DNA of 63,992 nucleotides, counting the filler, from Licmophora abbreviata (Eukaryota), in assembly GCA_900291995.1 (NCBI GenBank). It is 47 parts of 47 records of this genome, joined end to end, with 100 filler letters (N's around TTAATTAATTAA, not from the genome) between each part and the next. Parts side by side here need not be neighbours in the genome. Positions count along the whole stretch, not along the records: positions 48,219 to 49,454 come from OLMU01006653.1; positions 49,555 to 50,786 come from OLMU01006654.1; positions 50,887 to 52,115 come from OLMU01006655.1; positions 52,216 to 53,446 come from OLMU01006656.1; positions 53,547 to 54,774 come from OLMU01006657.1; positions 54,875 to 56,100 come from OLMU01006658.1; positions 56,201 to 57,422 come from OLMU01006659.1; positions 57,523 to 58,745 come from OLMU01006660.1; 39 more parts are not named here. One strand, written 5' to 3'. The notes beneath the pieces are model-generated. The model saw only the letters and a list, made by a program, of their open reading frames with translations, made no database searches and was not told where the DNA came from. Below are positions 48,219 to 60,067 of this stretch, one piece after another. The translations under genes and the position numbers were made by a program. Within the stretch, counting starts at the first letter, position 1, and the number at the start of each line of letters is the position of its first letter.

Positions 48219-49304
48219 TTCAACCACCTCCTCAAGGCCATCCTTGAGCTAGGCCTCATCCAGAGTGCGGTCGACCCATGCCTCTTCTTTCGACACGATC
48301 TCGTCCTCGTCCTATATGTCGACGACGGCGGCATCGCCTCCCGTCACCCAGGCATCGCCGACAAGTTCATCTCCGACCTCCGCGCCAAGGGATTCGACCT
48401 GACCAAAGAAGGAAGCTTCGCAGACTTCCTCGGCATCAAGTTCACCCAACAAGATGATCAAGAGTACAAGCTCACCCAGCGTGGCCTCATTGACAAGATC
48501 ATCGGAGCCGCCTGTCTAGAAAACTGCAAGCCGAATCTCCTGCCAACGACCCAGCTCGCACTCGGCGCCGATGTCGATGGACCCGCGATGAACGAATGCT
48601 GGAGTTACCCATCAATCGTCGGCATGCTGCTGTACTTGGCGGGAAACAGCCGCCCAGACATCGCTTTCGCCGTCAGCCAGGTCTGCCGCTTCACTTCTGC
48701 TCCCCGACAGAGCCACGCCACGGCAGTCAAGACCATCATCCGGTACCTCGCCGGCACTCGGGACGAAGGGACGATCATCCGACCGACAGGAAGACTCAAC
48801 CTCGACTTGTTCGTCGACGCTGACTTCTGCTCACTTCACGGTCGCGAGGATTCGCGTGATGTCAACTCTGCGCGCTCGCGCACGGGATACATCATCCTAC
48901 TGAGCGGTGTACCTCTACTGTGGAAATCCCAACTCCAAACCCACATTTCCCTTTCTACGCTTGAGGCTGAGTATTCGGCTTTATCTTATTCTTTGAAAAC
49001 ACTCATCCCTCTCAAACGCATCCTCCTTGAACTCGTCGCCGCTCTCAGCATCAACCAGGAAATCAGCTCCTCTGTTCAAGCCCGTGTCTTCGAGGACAAC
49101 CAAGGAGCATTGACCCTCGCCTCCAACCACCGTGTCACCAACCGCACGAAGTACTTCCTCGTCAAGTGGCACTGGTTTTGGCAGCACTCCTCCGAATTCC
49201 TGCTCCTCAAGGTCGCCTCCGTCGACCAGCGTGCCGATTATCTCACCAAGGGCCTTCCCCGCGACGGCTTCGAGCACAATCGTCTCCTGGTTCAACGATG
49301 GTGA
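48219..49304 (+). mobile_element. Ty1/copia RT-RNase H end (third lineage)
   Basis: DPCLF, YVDD, SRPDIAFAV, FVDADF, STLEAEY, FEDN, QRADYLTK. Confidence 0.93.
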
Positions 49305-49554
49305 CATGAGGCACCATCACTATATGTCAAGACCTTCTCGATCAAGATGTACATCGAGCCCCGCTCCTTGGAACTTGCTCACACGTTCAACAAGGTCTTT
49401 GTTCACTCAGTCCCACTTCATCTTTCATCTTTTCTTTATTTTCTAAGAAACCATNNNNNNNNNNNNNNNNNNNNNNNNNNNNNNNNNNNNNNNNNNNNTT
49501 AATTAATTAANNNNNNNNNNNNNNNNNNNNNNNNNNNNNNNNNNNNNNNNNNNN

Positions 49555-50786
49555 CGTGCAGCAGCTCCGCAACCCCCGCAGGCGGAGAGCCTAGTTAGTA
49601 GGAATAAGCCGACCAAACGTCGGTCTGTGGACATTGCACGCAATGTCCACGATAGTGATAAACTAGGTAAGAGTATAACACAAGACTTAGCTGTTTATCG
49701 CCAACACGGACTCAAGCACCTTCTTCGTCTGCGCAGGGGGACAGGCGATTGGGGAGATCTACAGTCAGTGCGCCACCATCCAGCGCACCGCCTCCTCCGT
49801 CACTACAAAACCCACGGCGTTCCCGTCACCCTCGCCGATGCCCCCTGGACGCCAGACGAAGTCCGTGCTAGTGTAGCCCGTGGGCCCCACAAGTCCGCCC
49901 AAGAGTACATCGCTTCGCTCCGCGAAGACATGGCCAACATGGTCGATCAAGGTTTCTGGACAGTCCTCCCCTTCGACGCGGTCCGCCACGAGCCCGGTTT
50001 ACGCCTGAGTCCGATCGGCGTCGTGCCGCAACACGCGCGACGCCCTCGTCCGATAGTCGATTATACCTTTTACGGTATAAACGACGCGACCCAACCCAAC
50101 GCTTCGATGGAAGCCATGCAATTTGGCCGCGCGTTCGACCGGCTCCTAAGGCGAATTCTGCTTGCTGACCCGTCCAAAGGCCGGGTCTATCTGATGAAAA
50201 TAGACCTGGCCGATGGTTCTACAGAATGCACCTTCGCCCAGGCAGTGCGACAACACTAGCTGTTGTCATGCCGCATCTCCCAGGCGAGCCTCCCCTGGTA
50301 GCGATACCCACAAGGCTCCCCATGGGATGGAAGCTCTCTCCGGCCCTGTTTTGTACAGCGACTGAAACCATAGCGGATGTGACGAATGCACATCTCCTCC
50401 GCCACGCCCCGGCACCGCCTCATCGCCTCGACCAGCTCGCTGACAGTCGACCCCCTCGCCGTCAGCCTCCAGCCGTCGCTAAGCGGTCCGCTGCCGTTCC
50501 AGTCCCTCCTACCGCTGATCCGCACCTGAATCACCCGCGCCGCCGCCGCCTCGCCTGTGTTGAAATCTATATGGACGATTTTCTCGGCGCGGCCCAAGGT
50601 GATTTAGCCGCCCGACAAAACATCCGCCGGACATTGATGCACACCATCGATGGTGTCTTCCGCCCCCTGGGCCCTACGGACCCGCCTTCTCGTAAAGAAC
50701 CGATTTCCGTCAAGAAGCTACGCCAAGGCGACGCTGCGTGGTCAACTCAGAAGGAAGTTTTAGGCTGGCTTCTCGACACCGAAGCC
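49555..50786 (+). mobile_element. Reverse transcriptase of a DIRS/Ngaro-type YR retroelement (1-nt indel at ~50218)
   Basis: RLSPIGVVPQ..RRPRPIVDY, KIDLADG(F)YR, LPMGWKLSPALF, YMDDF, KEPISVKKL.QGD, LGW.LDT. Confidence 0.85.
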
Positions 50787-50954
50787 NNNNNNNNNNNNNN
50801 NNNNNNNNNNNNNNNNNNNNNNNNNNNNNNTTAATTAATTAANNNNNNNNNNNNNNNNNNNNNNNNNNNNNNNNNNNNNNNNNNNNGTGGAGTAGCCCCC
50901 TGAAAGTGGTCCGCCAACTGGGATAGTTTTGTCCCGCAAATTGGAGGATCAGCG

Positions 50955-51233
50955 ATGGCTGGGAAACGAGAGAGGCCCGAAGAGATAGTATCGAAGCTTC
51001 GGCAAGTTGAAGTTCTGCAAGGGCAAGGCATGACGATAGCGGATGCGGTGCGCCAGATCGGCGTGACGCAACAGACGTTCTATCGATGGCGTAAACTGTA
51101 TGGCGGGATGGGTCGGTCTCAGCTCAAGCGTCTGAAGGAGCTTGAGAAGGAGAACCAACGGCTGCGGCGGGCAGTTTCCGATCTGACATTGGACAAGCTC
51201 ATATTGACCGAAGCTGCGAGGGGAAACTTCTGA
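50955..51233 (+). CDS. IS3 OrfA (HTH plus leucine zipper)
   Basis: QTFYRWRKLYGG..LKELEKENQRLRR. Confidence 0.93.
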   Translation: MAGKRERPEEIVSKLRQVEVLQGQGMTIADAVRQIGVTQQTFYRWRKLYGGMGRSQLKRLKELEKENQRLRRAVSDLTLDKLILTEAARGNF

Positions 51234-52081
51234 GCCCTTCGCGTCGTCGCAAGTGCATCGATCATGTGCAGCAGGAATTGGGCGTGTCTGAGCGTCGTGC
51301 CTGCCGCACCTTGGGCCAGCACCGTTCGACACAGAGAAAGGTTCCGCAAGGCCGGGCCGATGAAGAGCGGCTGACCGATGATATCATTGAACTGGCCGAC
51401 AAATATGGCCGCTATGGCTATCGCATGGTGACGGGTTTGCTGAACAACGCTGGCTGGCACGTGAACCACAAGCGGGTCGAGCGTATCTGGCGACGCGAAG
51501 GGCTGAAGGTCCCACAAAAGCAAAGAAAGAAGGGGCGGCTTTGGCTGAATGACGGGTCTTGCGTTCGGCTCCGGCCGAAGCACCCGAACCACGTCTGGTC
51601 ATACGACTTCGTCCAAGACCGGACACATGACGGGCGGGCCTATCGCACGCTCAACATCATAGACGAATTTACCAAGGAGGCACTAATGATCCGCGTCGAT
51701 CGCAAGCTAAACTCAACCGATGTGCTGGACGCTTTGACGGACCTGTTCATCCTGCGCGGGCCACCAGAATACATCAGGTCAGACAACGGCCCAGAGTTCA
51801 TTGCACAGAAGGTGCGGGACTGGATCGTCGCCGTAGGTGCCAAAACGGCCTATATCGAACCAGGGTCGCCGTGGGAGAACGGATATTGTGAAAGCTTCAA
51901 TGCCCGGTTCCGAGATGAGTTGCTCAACGGCGAAATCTTCTACAGCCTGCGGGAGGCCCAAATCCTGATCGAGAAATGGCGCATCCACTACAATACGGTC
52001 AGGCCGCACAGCGCACTGGGCTACCGCCCACCCGCGCCAGAAAGCATCGTTCCGATGGACCAGAGGCCTACAATGCACTAA
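51230..52081 (+). CDS. IS3 OrfB DDE transposase (-1 frame relative to OrfA)
   Basis: WSYDF, SDNGPEF, PWENGYCESFN, RPHSALGY. Confidence 0.93.
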   Translation: MSPSRRRKCIDHVQQELGVSERRACRTLGQHRSTQRKVPQGRADEERLTDDIIELADKYGRYGYRMVTGLLNNAGWHVNHKRVERIWRREGLKVPQKQRKKGRLWLNDGSCVRLRPKHPNHVWSYDFVQDRTHDGRAYRTLNIIDEFTKEALMIRVDRKLNSTDVLDALTDLFILRGPPEYIRSDNGPEFIAQKVRDWIVAVGAKTAYIEPGSPWENGYCESFNARFRDELLNGEIFYSLREAQILIEKWRIHYNTVRPHSALGYRPPAPESIVPMDQRPTMH

Positions 52082-52317
52082 CGATTAAAATGGACCACCC
52101 GATGGGGGCACGCCANNNNNNNNNNNNNNNNNNNNNNNNNNNNNNNNNNNNNNNNNNNNTTAATTAATTAANNNNNNNNNNNNNNNNNNNNNNNNNNNNN
52201 NNNNNNNNNNNNNNNCTCAAAGTCGAGGAGCGACTAGCATTCGAGCGTTCGACCTTTGCTAAGCCACCACGCCACTACCGGTACGGACAAAAGCAGGGTG
52301 CAAAGTGTACAGTAAAG

Positions 52318-53446
52318 ATGCGGGTATCCTTGGCCATGGTGCTGCTTCCAGGCATCGCAGCGTCTGCGTTCCTTCATGAGACTGCCAGAAGTGCCTCTCC
52401 AATGGGAAGATCACTCTCGTCAACGAGAAATGTCTTGTCCATCCGGCTGAATGATTCGTGCGGCCGGAAGTCAACATGGTGTACACGTCGCAGGATATCA
52501 TCGCAGCGACGTCCAAATTCGAGGCCCGACTCGATGAGAACCGGTGCATTGATCTATCTCGCTGCAGGCGACGCTTCCGCATCAGACTACAGCGAGACAA
52601 AAAAGCTTGATCTTTATTTGTCGAAATTGACGTCTGCCTTTCCTCTTTTCGTATTGGTGTCGGCGCTACTGGGGCTGACAAACCCATCAACATTGATGTG
52701 GGTCAATCGAGGGAGTCTCGTTTCCTTCATGCTTGCTTCAGTCATGATGGGGACCGGCTTGACTCTCGAGAAACGTGATTTCACTGATGTCCTAGATGCA
52801 AACTTGGCCGCCGTGCCCGCGGGTGTTCTCTGCCAGTTCTGCATCATGCCCCTTGCCGCCCTCATCGTCGGTCGCACCGTCTTGCTGGGTGCTGATCCTG
52901 TCCACGGCCCGTCGCTCTTTCTTGGATTGGCCTTAGTAGGATGCTCCCCAGGAGGAACGGCGTCCAACTTGGTGGCATTGATTGCCGGTGCTGATGTTGC
53001 CTTGAGCGTTCTATTGACATCTTGCTCCACTCTTCTTGCCGCTGTCGTCACGCCCGCGCTCGTCAAGTTGCTGGTTGGTAGCACTGTTCGCGTTAGCGGT
53101 ACTGCGTTGTGTACGGCGACGGGACGGGTCGTGCTGGCACCTGTGCTACTCGGGATGCTGTTGAACACACGAGCGCCGAAGCTATCGAAGGCCTTGTCGC
53201 GATTTACTCCGTTTGCGAGTGTTCTCTTGGTAAGCTTGATATGTGGCGGTGTTGTGTCGCAGAATGCAGCTTCCCTGCTCGACTCTACTCTGGCATCATC
53301 GTCGACTATGCTCCCTCGGGTTGTTCTGTCAGTTCTATTGCTTCATGCGCTGGGATTTCTGGTCGGATTCATCGTTCCGCGGTTCGGACTGAGGTACTCG
53401 GAAAAGACAGCAAGAACAATATCGATCGAGACTGGTATGCAGAATT
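52318..53446 (+). CDS. Plastid-targeted bile acid:Na+ symporter family (BASS) transporter (5' part)
   Basis: Signal peptide with ASAF motif; QFCIMPL, GCSPGGTASN, RTISIETGMQN. Confidence 0.9.
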
Positions 53447-53546
53447 NNNNNNNNNNNNNNNNNNNNNNNNNNNNNNNNNNNNNNNNNNNNTTAATTAATT
53501 AANNNNNNNNNNNNNNNNNNNNNNNNNNNNNNNNNNNNNNNNNNNN

Positions 53547-54746
53547 GGTCCAAGAATATTGGTCACATTCAACCTTGGCGTGGGCTCAAGAGTATCACTG
53601 GTATTGAAATTGTACACTTCCATGTTGGTGGACGGACTTCTCGCATGTTCCAATGCCACTTGCGTAAGTCGAACGGCGAAACTCGTCCCCACAAAGACCA
53701 GGACCTCACACTCCTCCAGCCACGATTCCATTTGTTCAAATTGATAATGAGCGTGCGAATGATAGCCTTCGTCAAAGAGTAGTGTTTGAGGGAGACAGGG
53801 AGATTGACAGGCGGGGCAGCGCGGCACTGTGGAGAGCTTCTTAGCATTGGTCGAGGTGTGGTGCAGTGCATCCCTCACACTCGGTGGTTCGAGTTGCTCC
53901 AACGGAATCGAGTCAAGAATTTCGTAGCGACACGGCACGTGGTGAGGGCTGTGTGAGGTCGAGCCATCCAACGGGGGGTTCGGATCCGCCTGTGGTCGTC
54001 GTCGTTCGCGCGTTCGTCGCCATGTTTGCTCTGTTATGATGTTGCAGATACAATCGCTTTCTAGCCCGACTTTTCCGCCGATGCCCCAAGTGGAGAAGCC
54101 TATCATCGTCTTCGTCTGAATCGCTGTCCGTGTCACTGTCATAGCCTTCGGGGACACACTTGTAAAGATGCAGTCGCCCGTGCGCTTCAATAAGTCTCGA
54201 AGAAGAAGAAGTAGTAGTGGTGGTACCGGCAGTAGTCATCGCATGCAGACCATCGATATTCTGCGTAATGATTCGTACATTGTCACACATGTGCTGCAGT
54301 TGACGTAACGCAAGGTGTCCAGCATTCGGTTTCGCGTCTTCCACCTCTGCCGTGTGAAAGTGGGGCAGCCAGAAGTCGTTGTACCACTCCAACGGGTGGT
54401 CGCGAAAGGCCTCTCGCGTAGACTTTTGCCAAATGACACTCGACCAAATGCCGTCGCTTCCGCGGAAGGCGCGAACTCCTGAGGCTACGCTGAGACCCGC
54501 GCCCGTGATGATCACGACCTTCTTGCCTTGTGAGGCAGCAGCAGTACCAGCAGTACCAGCAGTTGCTTCGGAAGACGGAGACACAATGGCACGCGCCAGC
54601 TGGTACAGACAGCCGCGACGAGGACGCTTGAAACTGGCGCTGTTGGGACGGCCAAACGAACAAGAACAAGACTCCTGACTCCTCATGGTCTTGGTGACTT
54701 CTATATAATCTACAGCATATTCTGCATCGTAACAGTCACTCAGCAT
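53547..54746 (-). CDS. Sirtuin (SIR2-family NAD-dependent deacylase), partial, with one frameshift around 53940-54060
   Basis: ITGAGLSVASG..FRG, PNAGH, TQNIDGLH, EAHG, CPAC..LFDE, VGTSF.V. Confidence 0.88.
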
Positions 54747-54874
54747 TGTGTGTGACAGCGTTGGGTCGATTGTCNNNNNNNNNNNNNNNNNNNNNNNNNN
54801 NNNNNNNNNNNNNNNNNNTTAATTAATTAANNNNNNNNNNNNNNNNNNNNNNNNNNNNNNNNNNNNNNNNNNNN

Positions 54875-55925
54875 CCCATCATGTCACTCAAGGAATGAGA
54901 CACCACTGCACATTATGAGTTGCCCAGCAGAAACGAGAAAGAAGAAAAGAGAAAAAGCACAGAGAGATCTTATCACCAGCACCCTTTTAGCAAGCGACAC
55001 AGCGTTGCCTATTTACCAAACAATCACCACAGCGATTCAGACATGGACCACATCACCGAGCGACAGTCCGATCCCGATTCCAGAACCATCAACGGATGAT
55101 CCGCTACAAGCCACTCTCGCGTTAGCAATCTCGGAACAACACATCATCGGCTGGGAAATGTTCATGCGAGGCATCCTCTCCAAAGAATGGGCGGAAGCAC
55201 AACGACTATACCTGCAGGACCGATTCCCAACAACCGGCTCAAGGAAGCTCCTTACATGGCGACGCAAACTAATACAGGCGTTATGGCACTTTGGGGAGCA
55301 AGAATGGAAGGCACGCAATGACGACCTGCACGATGGTGACGAATCTTCCACATGCAGAAAGAACCAAAGATTGATACAAATGTACTTCGGAATCCAAGAT
55401 GAATACAACGAAAGAGATCGACACATTCTCTTCCACAATAAGCAGGCACTCATCGAAAACACCACACAACATCAACAGTCGTGGATCGACAATGCACAAC
55501 GCCTTCTCAGTGCAAGACAGGAAATTCAATACCAGAAGAAAGTTAAACAGGGTGCAAACCAAACAAGAGACACAATGGAAACAACACACGCCAAAGGAGG
55601 GACACAACAGAGGCGACGACACAAGTCAGGACAAACCAATACGATGGATCGATACCTCATTCGACACCCCACACAACCGACCCCGCATCGAACTACGATA
55701 CCACGCCACGACACAGCAGATTCACAGCCCAAGCAAACAGAACACACGGAACAACCTCAAAAACGATACTAACCTTCAGACAGATGCCGCATCCAAACAA
55801 AGCACCACCAGACACAGACATGACCCCGCCAAAGAAAAGTATTAAAGGACGCCGCCCTTCGGGGGCCGCAAGTACCAGAGGTTCCTATCTCGAAAATAGG
55901 TAGTGTAATCTCGGTTCTTTAACAA
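54875..55925 (+). mobile_element. LINE ORF2 C-terminus (stop 55772) and 3' UTR
   Basis: PSC..ETPLHIMSC knuckle, then Q..IGW..F.RG.LS.EW...Q, W...LI..LW.....W..RN..LH, typical of diatom LINE ends. Confidence 0.7.
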
Positions 55926-56058
55926 ACGTTACATATCTGATGTGTGTGATGCTCGCTGAATCACCATCATGCATGGACTAGTTGGACTAAACATGATTTG
56001 ACTAGTTGGACTAAACCTAACCCTTATTTTCTAGTCCTCACTCTTATCCTTGCCATTT

Positions 56059-56100
56059 TAACCCTAACCCTAACCCCTAACCCTAACCCCTAACCCTAAC
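56059..56100. repeat. Telomere-type (CCCTAA)n array with CCCCTAA variants
   Basis: About 6.5 units running into the contig end. Confidence 0.9.
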
Positions 56101-56200
56101 NNNNNNNNNNNNNNNNNNNNNNNNNNNNNNNNNNNNNNNNNNNNTTAATTAATTAANNNNNNNNNNNNNNNNNNNNNNNNNNNNNNNNNNNNNNNNNNNN

Positions 56201-57345
56201 ATCGCTGCAAACAGGGTGGAAGCTTCGACAAATTCATCAATTGCCACGGCGTATACGATAAATGACGTAACAGCAACAATTCCTGGTAGTGCTCCCATGT
56301 AGGCTCGAGAGAAGCCACGCAGGTAGGCCACGTCCTTCAAGAAGCCAAGCTCCTGGTCTCGACTCTGAGAAATCGTATTTTCAAACGACTCTTCCCACGT
56401 GTATATTTTGACGCATCGAATACCTTGAAGAGCTTCGTTCGTAGTCTTGACGCGCGCGTCTGTGTAGGTGACCATTTTTCGATTCATTCCGAAGAGGCGC
56501 TTCATGATGGTGCCCTGCATGGGCCCAGCACACAGCATGACAGCCAGTCCTGCAAAGCAGGGCCAGCCTATAAGTGTGTATAGGATCGTCATGTACCCAA
56601 ATATCTGTAGCAGTCCATCCCACAATACATGTATCTGAGGAACAAACATTTCAATCTTGGTGGCATCCACCTGCATTAGATTCACCAGTTCCCCAAGTGT
56701 TGTGCCCTGGCGTTCGCTGCTTGCCAAACGCAGTGCCTTGCCGTAAACTGCAACACTGACAGCCACACGAGCCTGATATCCCGCACGATAGACAGTGTGG
56801 AAGTAGAAGTTCTCCGTAACAGCCTTGGCACCCATAGCAAAGAATAGCACCCCCGACAGCCAGTAGCCTCGATTGCGAACGTTCCATGCGTCCTCGCTAT
56901 CAATGACTCCTGCCTGATATTCTTCAATAAATTTGAGAATGGCACTCAGTAGGAGAGGAAAGGTAAATTGAAGGCAAGTGTTGAAGAACTTGATTATTCC
57001 AGCATAGACGAATCGACGTCCCAACACAGCTTGGAGTGACTTTCTCACTCGGGTCGTAGAAGACTTGGAATTTTTGCCACTTGTACTGATGATACTATGG
57101 TCCGATTCTTCCTGTTTCTGCCATGCCGACTCGAATGTAGGTGCAATTGTGGCTCCGTAGTCCACTTTTGGGAGAGGAAGCAAGTCTTCGTGTTGGAGTG
57201 CCTTGCCTTGCCGATGTAGGACCGCCGCTTGTCGAAACAAGGGCCGACACCAGAAGAAAACAAGGCGAGAAACAATGTTGGCGTCCTCCTCGGGAACATT
57301 CTTCCAGACCCAGGGCTCCTCTTGGATAACAGAATTAGCAGTCAT
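56201..57345 (-). CDS. ABCC/MRP transporter, 5' part
   Basis: PEEDANIVSRLVFFW, VYGKALRL, GELVNLMQVD, DARVK.TNEALQGI..VKIYTWE. Confidence 0.92.
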
Positions 57346-58845
57346 AGCGAAGACTGTATGGCGAACACTCGTTCTGAGAGATCGATCTTGTCTGTATAGG
57401 ATAACAAGGAGGACCAAAGTCTNNNNNNNNNNNNNNNNNNNNNNNNNNNNNNNNNNNNNNNNNNNNTTAATTAATTAANNNNNNNNNNNNNNNNNNNNNN
57501 NNNNNNNNNNNNNNNNNNNNNNTCGGAGCAGAGACACCTCTAATTCGAGAATTGAAATCTGTGTCCACAGAGAGAATCTGTGTCCACAGAGAGAAGTGGT
57601 ACAACTGCTGGATCAGCCAGAGGAGGTTGCTCGTCGCGAGAACCTGTCGCTCGGACGAGTCGCTGCTCTCGCAACGCAGGTGGCATCGTTTCAAGCCTTC
57701 TCTCGAGGAGGATTTTACGGATTCTCGTATCGAACCTCTCAATAGTCTCTTGTGAGACCATGGCTTCTGTAGTGGCGACCACAGAGATGGCGAAAGTAAC
57801 TAGCCATCACGTGGCTAACTCGGTTTCACAATCTCCCCCCGCCGCCGCTGTTGCTGCTGCGCTGTACTCTTTGCATGATTATGTGGGGCAACCCTCTGGG
57901 GCCATTGCGGTTTCGAAGTCGCAAGCTGAGAGAAGCCTTTGTCGAGCGGTCGACTGCTCAGATGCCTTGGGGGTCAGCTCGCAGCGCTCGCGGGGCCGTG
58001 AACGCAACATCGAAACGTGAGTGTTGTGATCGAGAGCATCCCCAGGACTCATCACATGTGGTGGATCATCAACGATGACGCAGACTTGGAAAGAAATTCT
58101 CCCGTCACTTACTGCAGAAATCGGGTTCAAGCGAAGTTATGCCGTTGGTTCGAGCGGTGTGGACTGAGAGTGGCCGACGACGCTGCCATGACGCTGTCGG
58201 AAGGCAGGTGTCAACGGCGGCGATAGCCCTACGCAGCAGCACAAAGCTGTCTCAGCTGGCGGCGGGAGGCAAAGTCAGGCTAGCTTTCATTGACCATTTG
58301 GGGCTAACAAGTCAACTGAAGAATCTCCGTACAAATCGCCACACCTGGCGCTATCATGTATGTCACAGAGCGAGTGTGACCCATCGTTGCAAGGCCGCAA
58401 CAAACCGGACAAATAGTCATTGGGGTTGTACCAGGTAGACTAATCTAGTGATGTGCTTTAGCTCAATTATCATTTTTTACGAAGTGAATTACGGCTTAGC
58501 TTAGAAGAATTGACATATTCGTTCACTTTGCATGGTTGGGTGGTGGTCCATCAATTTGGTGTATCCCGGCCGAAAGGATTACAGTGCGCAACGCGGTGCT
58601 CGTCATATCAACATTTTGGAACCGAAAATGCCGTCGACCCCAGACCATAGACACGCATCGTCATTAACTCTAAGCTCCTGGTGATCTTCAGCACCACAAT
58701 CTACGGATCGTCTCCACGGACCATGTCATCCAGGCATCCGTAGCTNNNNNNNNNNNNNNNNNNNNNNNNNNNNNNNNNNNNNNNNNNNNTTAATTAATTA
58801 ANNNNNNNNNNNNNNNNNNNNNNNNNNNNNNNNNNNNNNNNNNNN

Positions 58846-59722
58846 GCTCGCCCGTCGCGAGACCCGTGCCCTGCGCGCCGTCACAGGGATCGAAGGCTGC
58901 CCCCTGCTGATCCGCGTCGACCGCAGCGGCCTTCTGCGCAGCTGGACCCAAGGGACACCCCTGCAGCTGGCAAAACCCTGCGATCCGGCGTGGTACCGCG
59001 ACGCAAAACGCCTCCTGCGCCAGATGCGCCGCGCCGGTGTGACCCATAACGACATCGCCAAACCGCAGAACTGGCTGATGACACAAGCAGGCCGCGCCGC
59101 CGTGATCGACTTTCAGCTCGCCACCGTGCATCGCCGCCGGGGCAAGCTCTTTCGGATCATGGCGCGCGAGGATCTGCGCCATTTGCTCAAGCAGAAACGG
59201 GCCTATGCCCCGGATCTGCTCACCCCCTCCGAATCCCGAATGCTGGCGCAAAAAGCGCTGCCCGCACAAATCTGGATGGCCACCGGCAAGCGCCTCTACA
59301 ATTTCATCACCCGACGCCTGATGAACTGGTCGGATGGGGAAGGCACCGAAGACCGGATCGAACGCGATGGCCCCGGCCTGCGCGCCGCCCTTCTGAAACA
59401 CCCGAATGTCACGGATATCGCGCTTTACACCTATGCGCGCCCTGCCAAGGGTGTGGGGCTTTACGCTTTCGTGGAAACCGATCTCGATGCCGGTCGCATC
59501 TCGGCGCTGGCCCCCGATCCCGCCCCCGATCTCATGCAGCCGGTGGCAAGACTGCCGCGCGACGCCGCCGGCGCCATCCGCCATGACGCCTTGCAGCTTG
59601 TCGCCACGAACCGGCTCGACGAGCTCACCGGCCTGACAGCCACCGACCCCGTACTGGCCGAGGCCCTCAGACCCATCGTCGCCGACCGGCTCAACCTGAC
59701 CGACCGTGTGCTCCGGTCCTGA
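58846..59722 (+). CDS. RIO1/Kdo-like Ser/Thr kinase with a C-terminal AMP-binding_C-like domain (partial, bacterial)
   Basis: ARRETRAL, HNDIAKPQNWL, IDFQLA, REDLRHLLKQK. Confidence 0.8.
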
Positions 59723-59730
59723 CCGATTTT

Positions 59731-59860
59731 GGGGGCCTTGCCCCCGCCGTTGAAATCCTCAAGGGGATTTCAACGACTCCCCTAGGATATTTCCAGCCAG
59801 AAGAAACGCGCGCGTGGCGCGTCTTTCATCGTTCCCCAAATACTCCCGCCGGAGGCCCCC
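59731..59860. repeat. Intergenic palindromic (REP/MITE-like) element between convergent genes
   Basis: GGGGGC-CTT-GCCCCC and CGTTGAAATCC-TCAAGG-GGATTTCAACG hairpins, plus an imperfect GGATATTT...AAATACTCC pair. Confidence 0.6.
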
Positions 59861-59880
59861 ACCCACCCGAGGCGCACCGC

Positions 59881-60067
59881 TCAGAACGGGGTCTTCGCCC
59901 GGAACCGCAGGCCCATGCCCCCATCGGGATGACGCAGGCGCAATTCTTCGGAATGCAGCATCAAGCGGGGATGGTCGGCAGCGGCGCCGCTGGCATAGAG
60001 AGGATCGCCCAAAATGGGATGCCCGAGGGCCAGCATATGGACCCGCAGCTGGTGGCTGCGCCCGGTC
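59881..60067 (-). CDS. rluA: RluA-family pseudouridine synthase, 3' end
   Basis: [35 protein letters not shown]. Confidence 0.88.

Larger units (their letters stand above)
50888..52115 (+). mobile_element. Complete IS3-family insertion sequence (1228 bp, TG...CA)
   Basis: IRL TGGAGTAGCCCCCTGAAAGTGGTCC versus IRR reverse complement TGGCGTGCCCCCATCGGGTGGTCC; orfA/orfB overlap. Confidence 0.95.

Noticed and set aside
57523..58745. Coding content of this contig
   Set aside because: Only short ORFs with no recognisable family; left unannotated.
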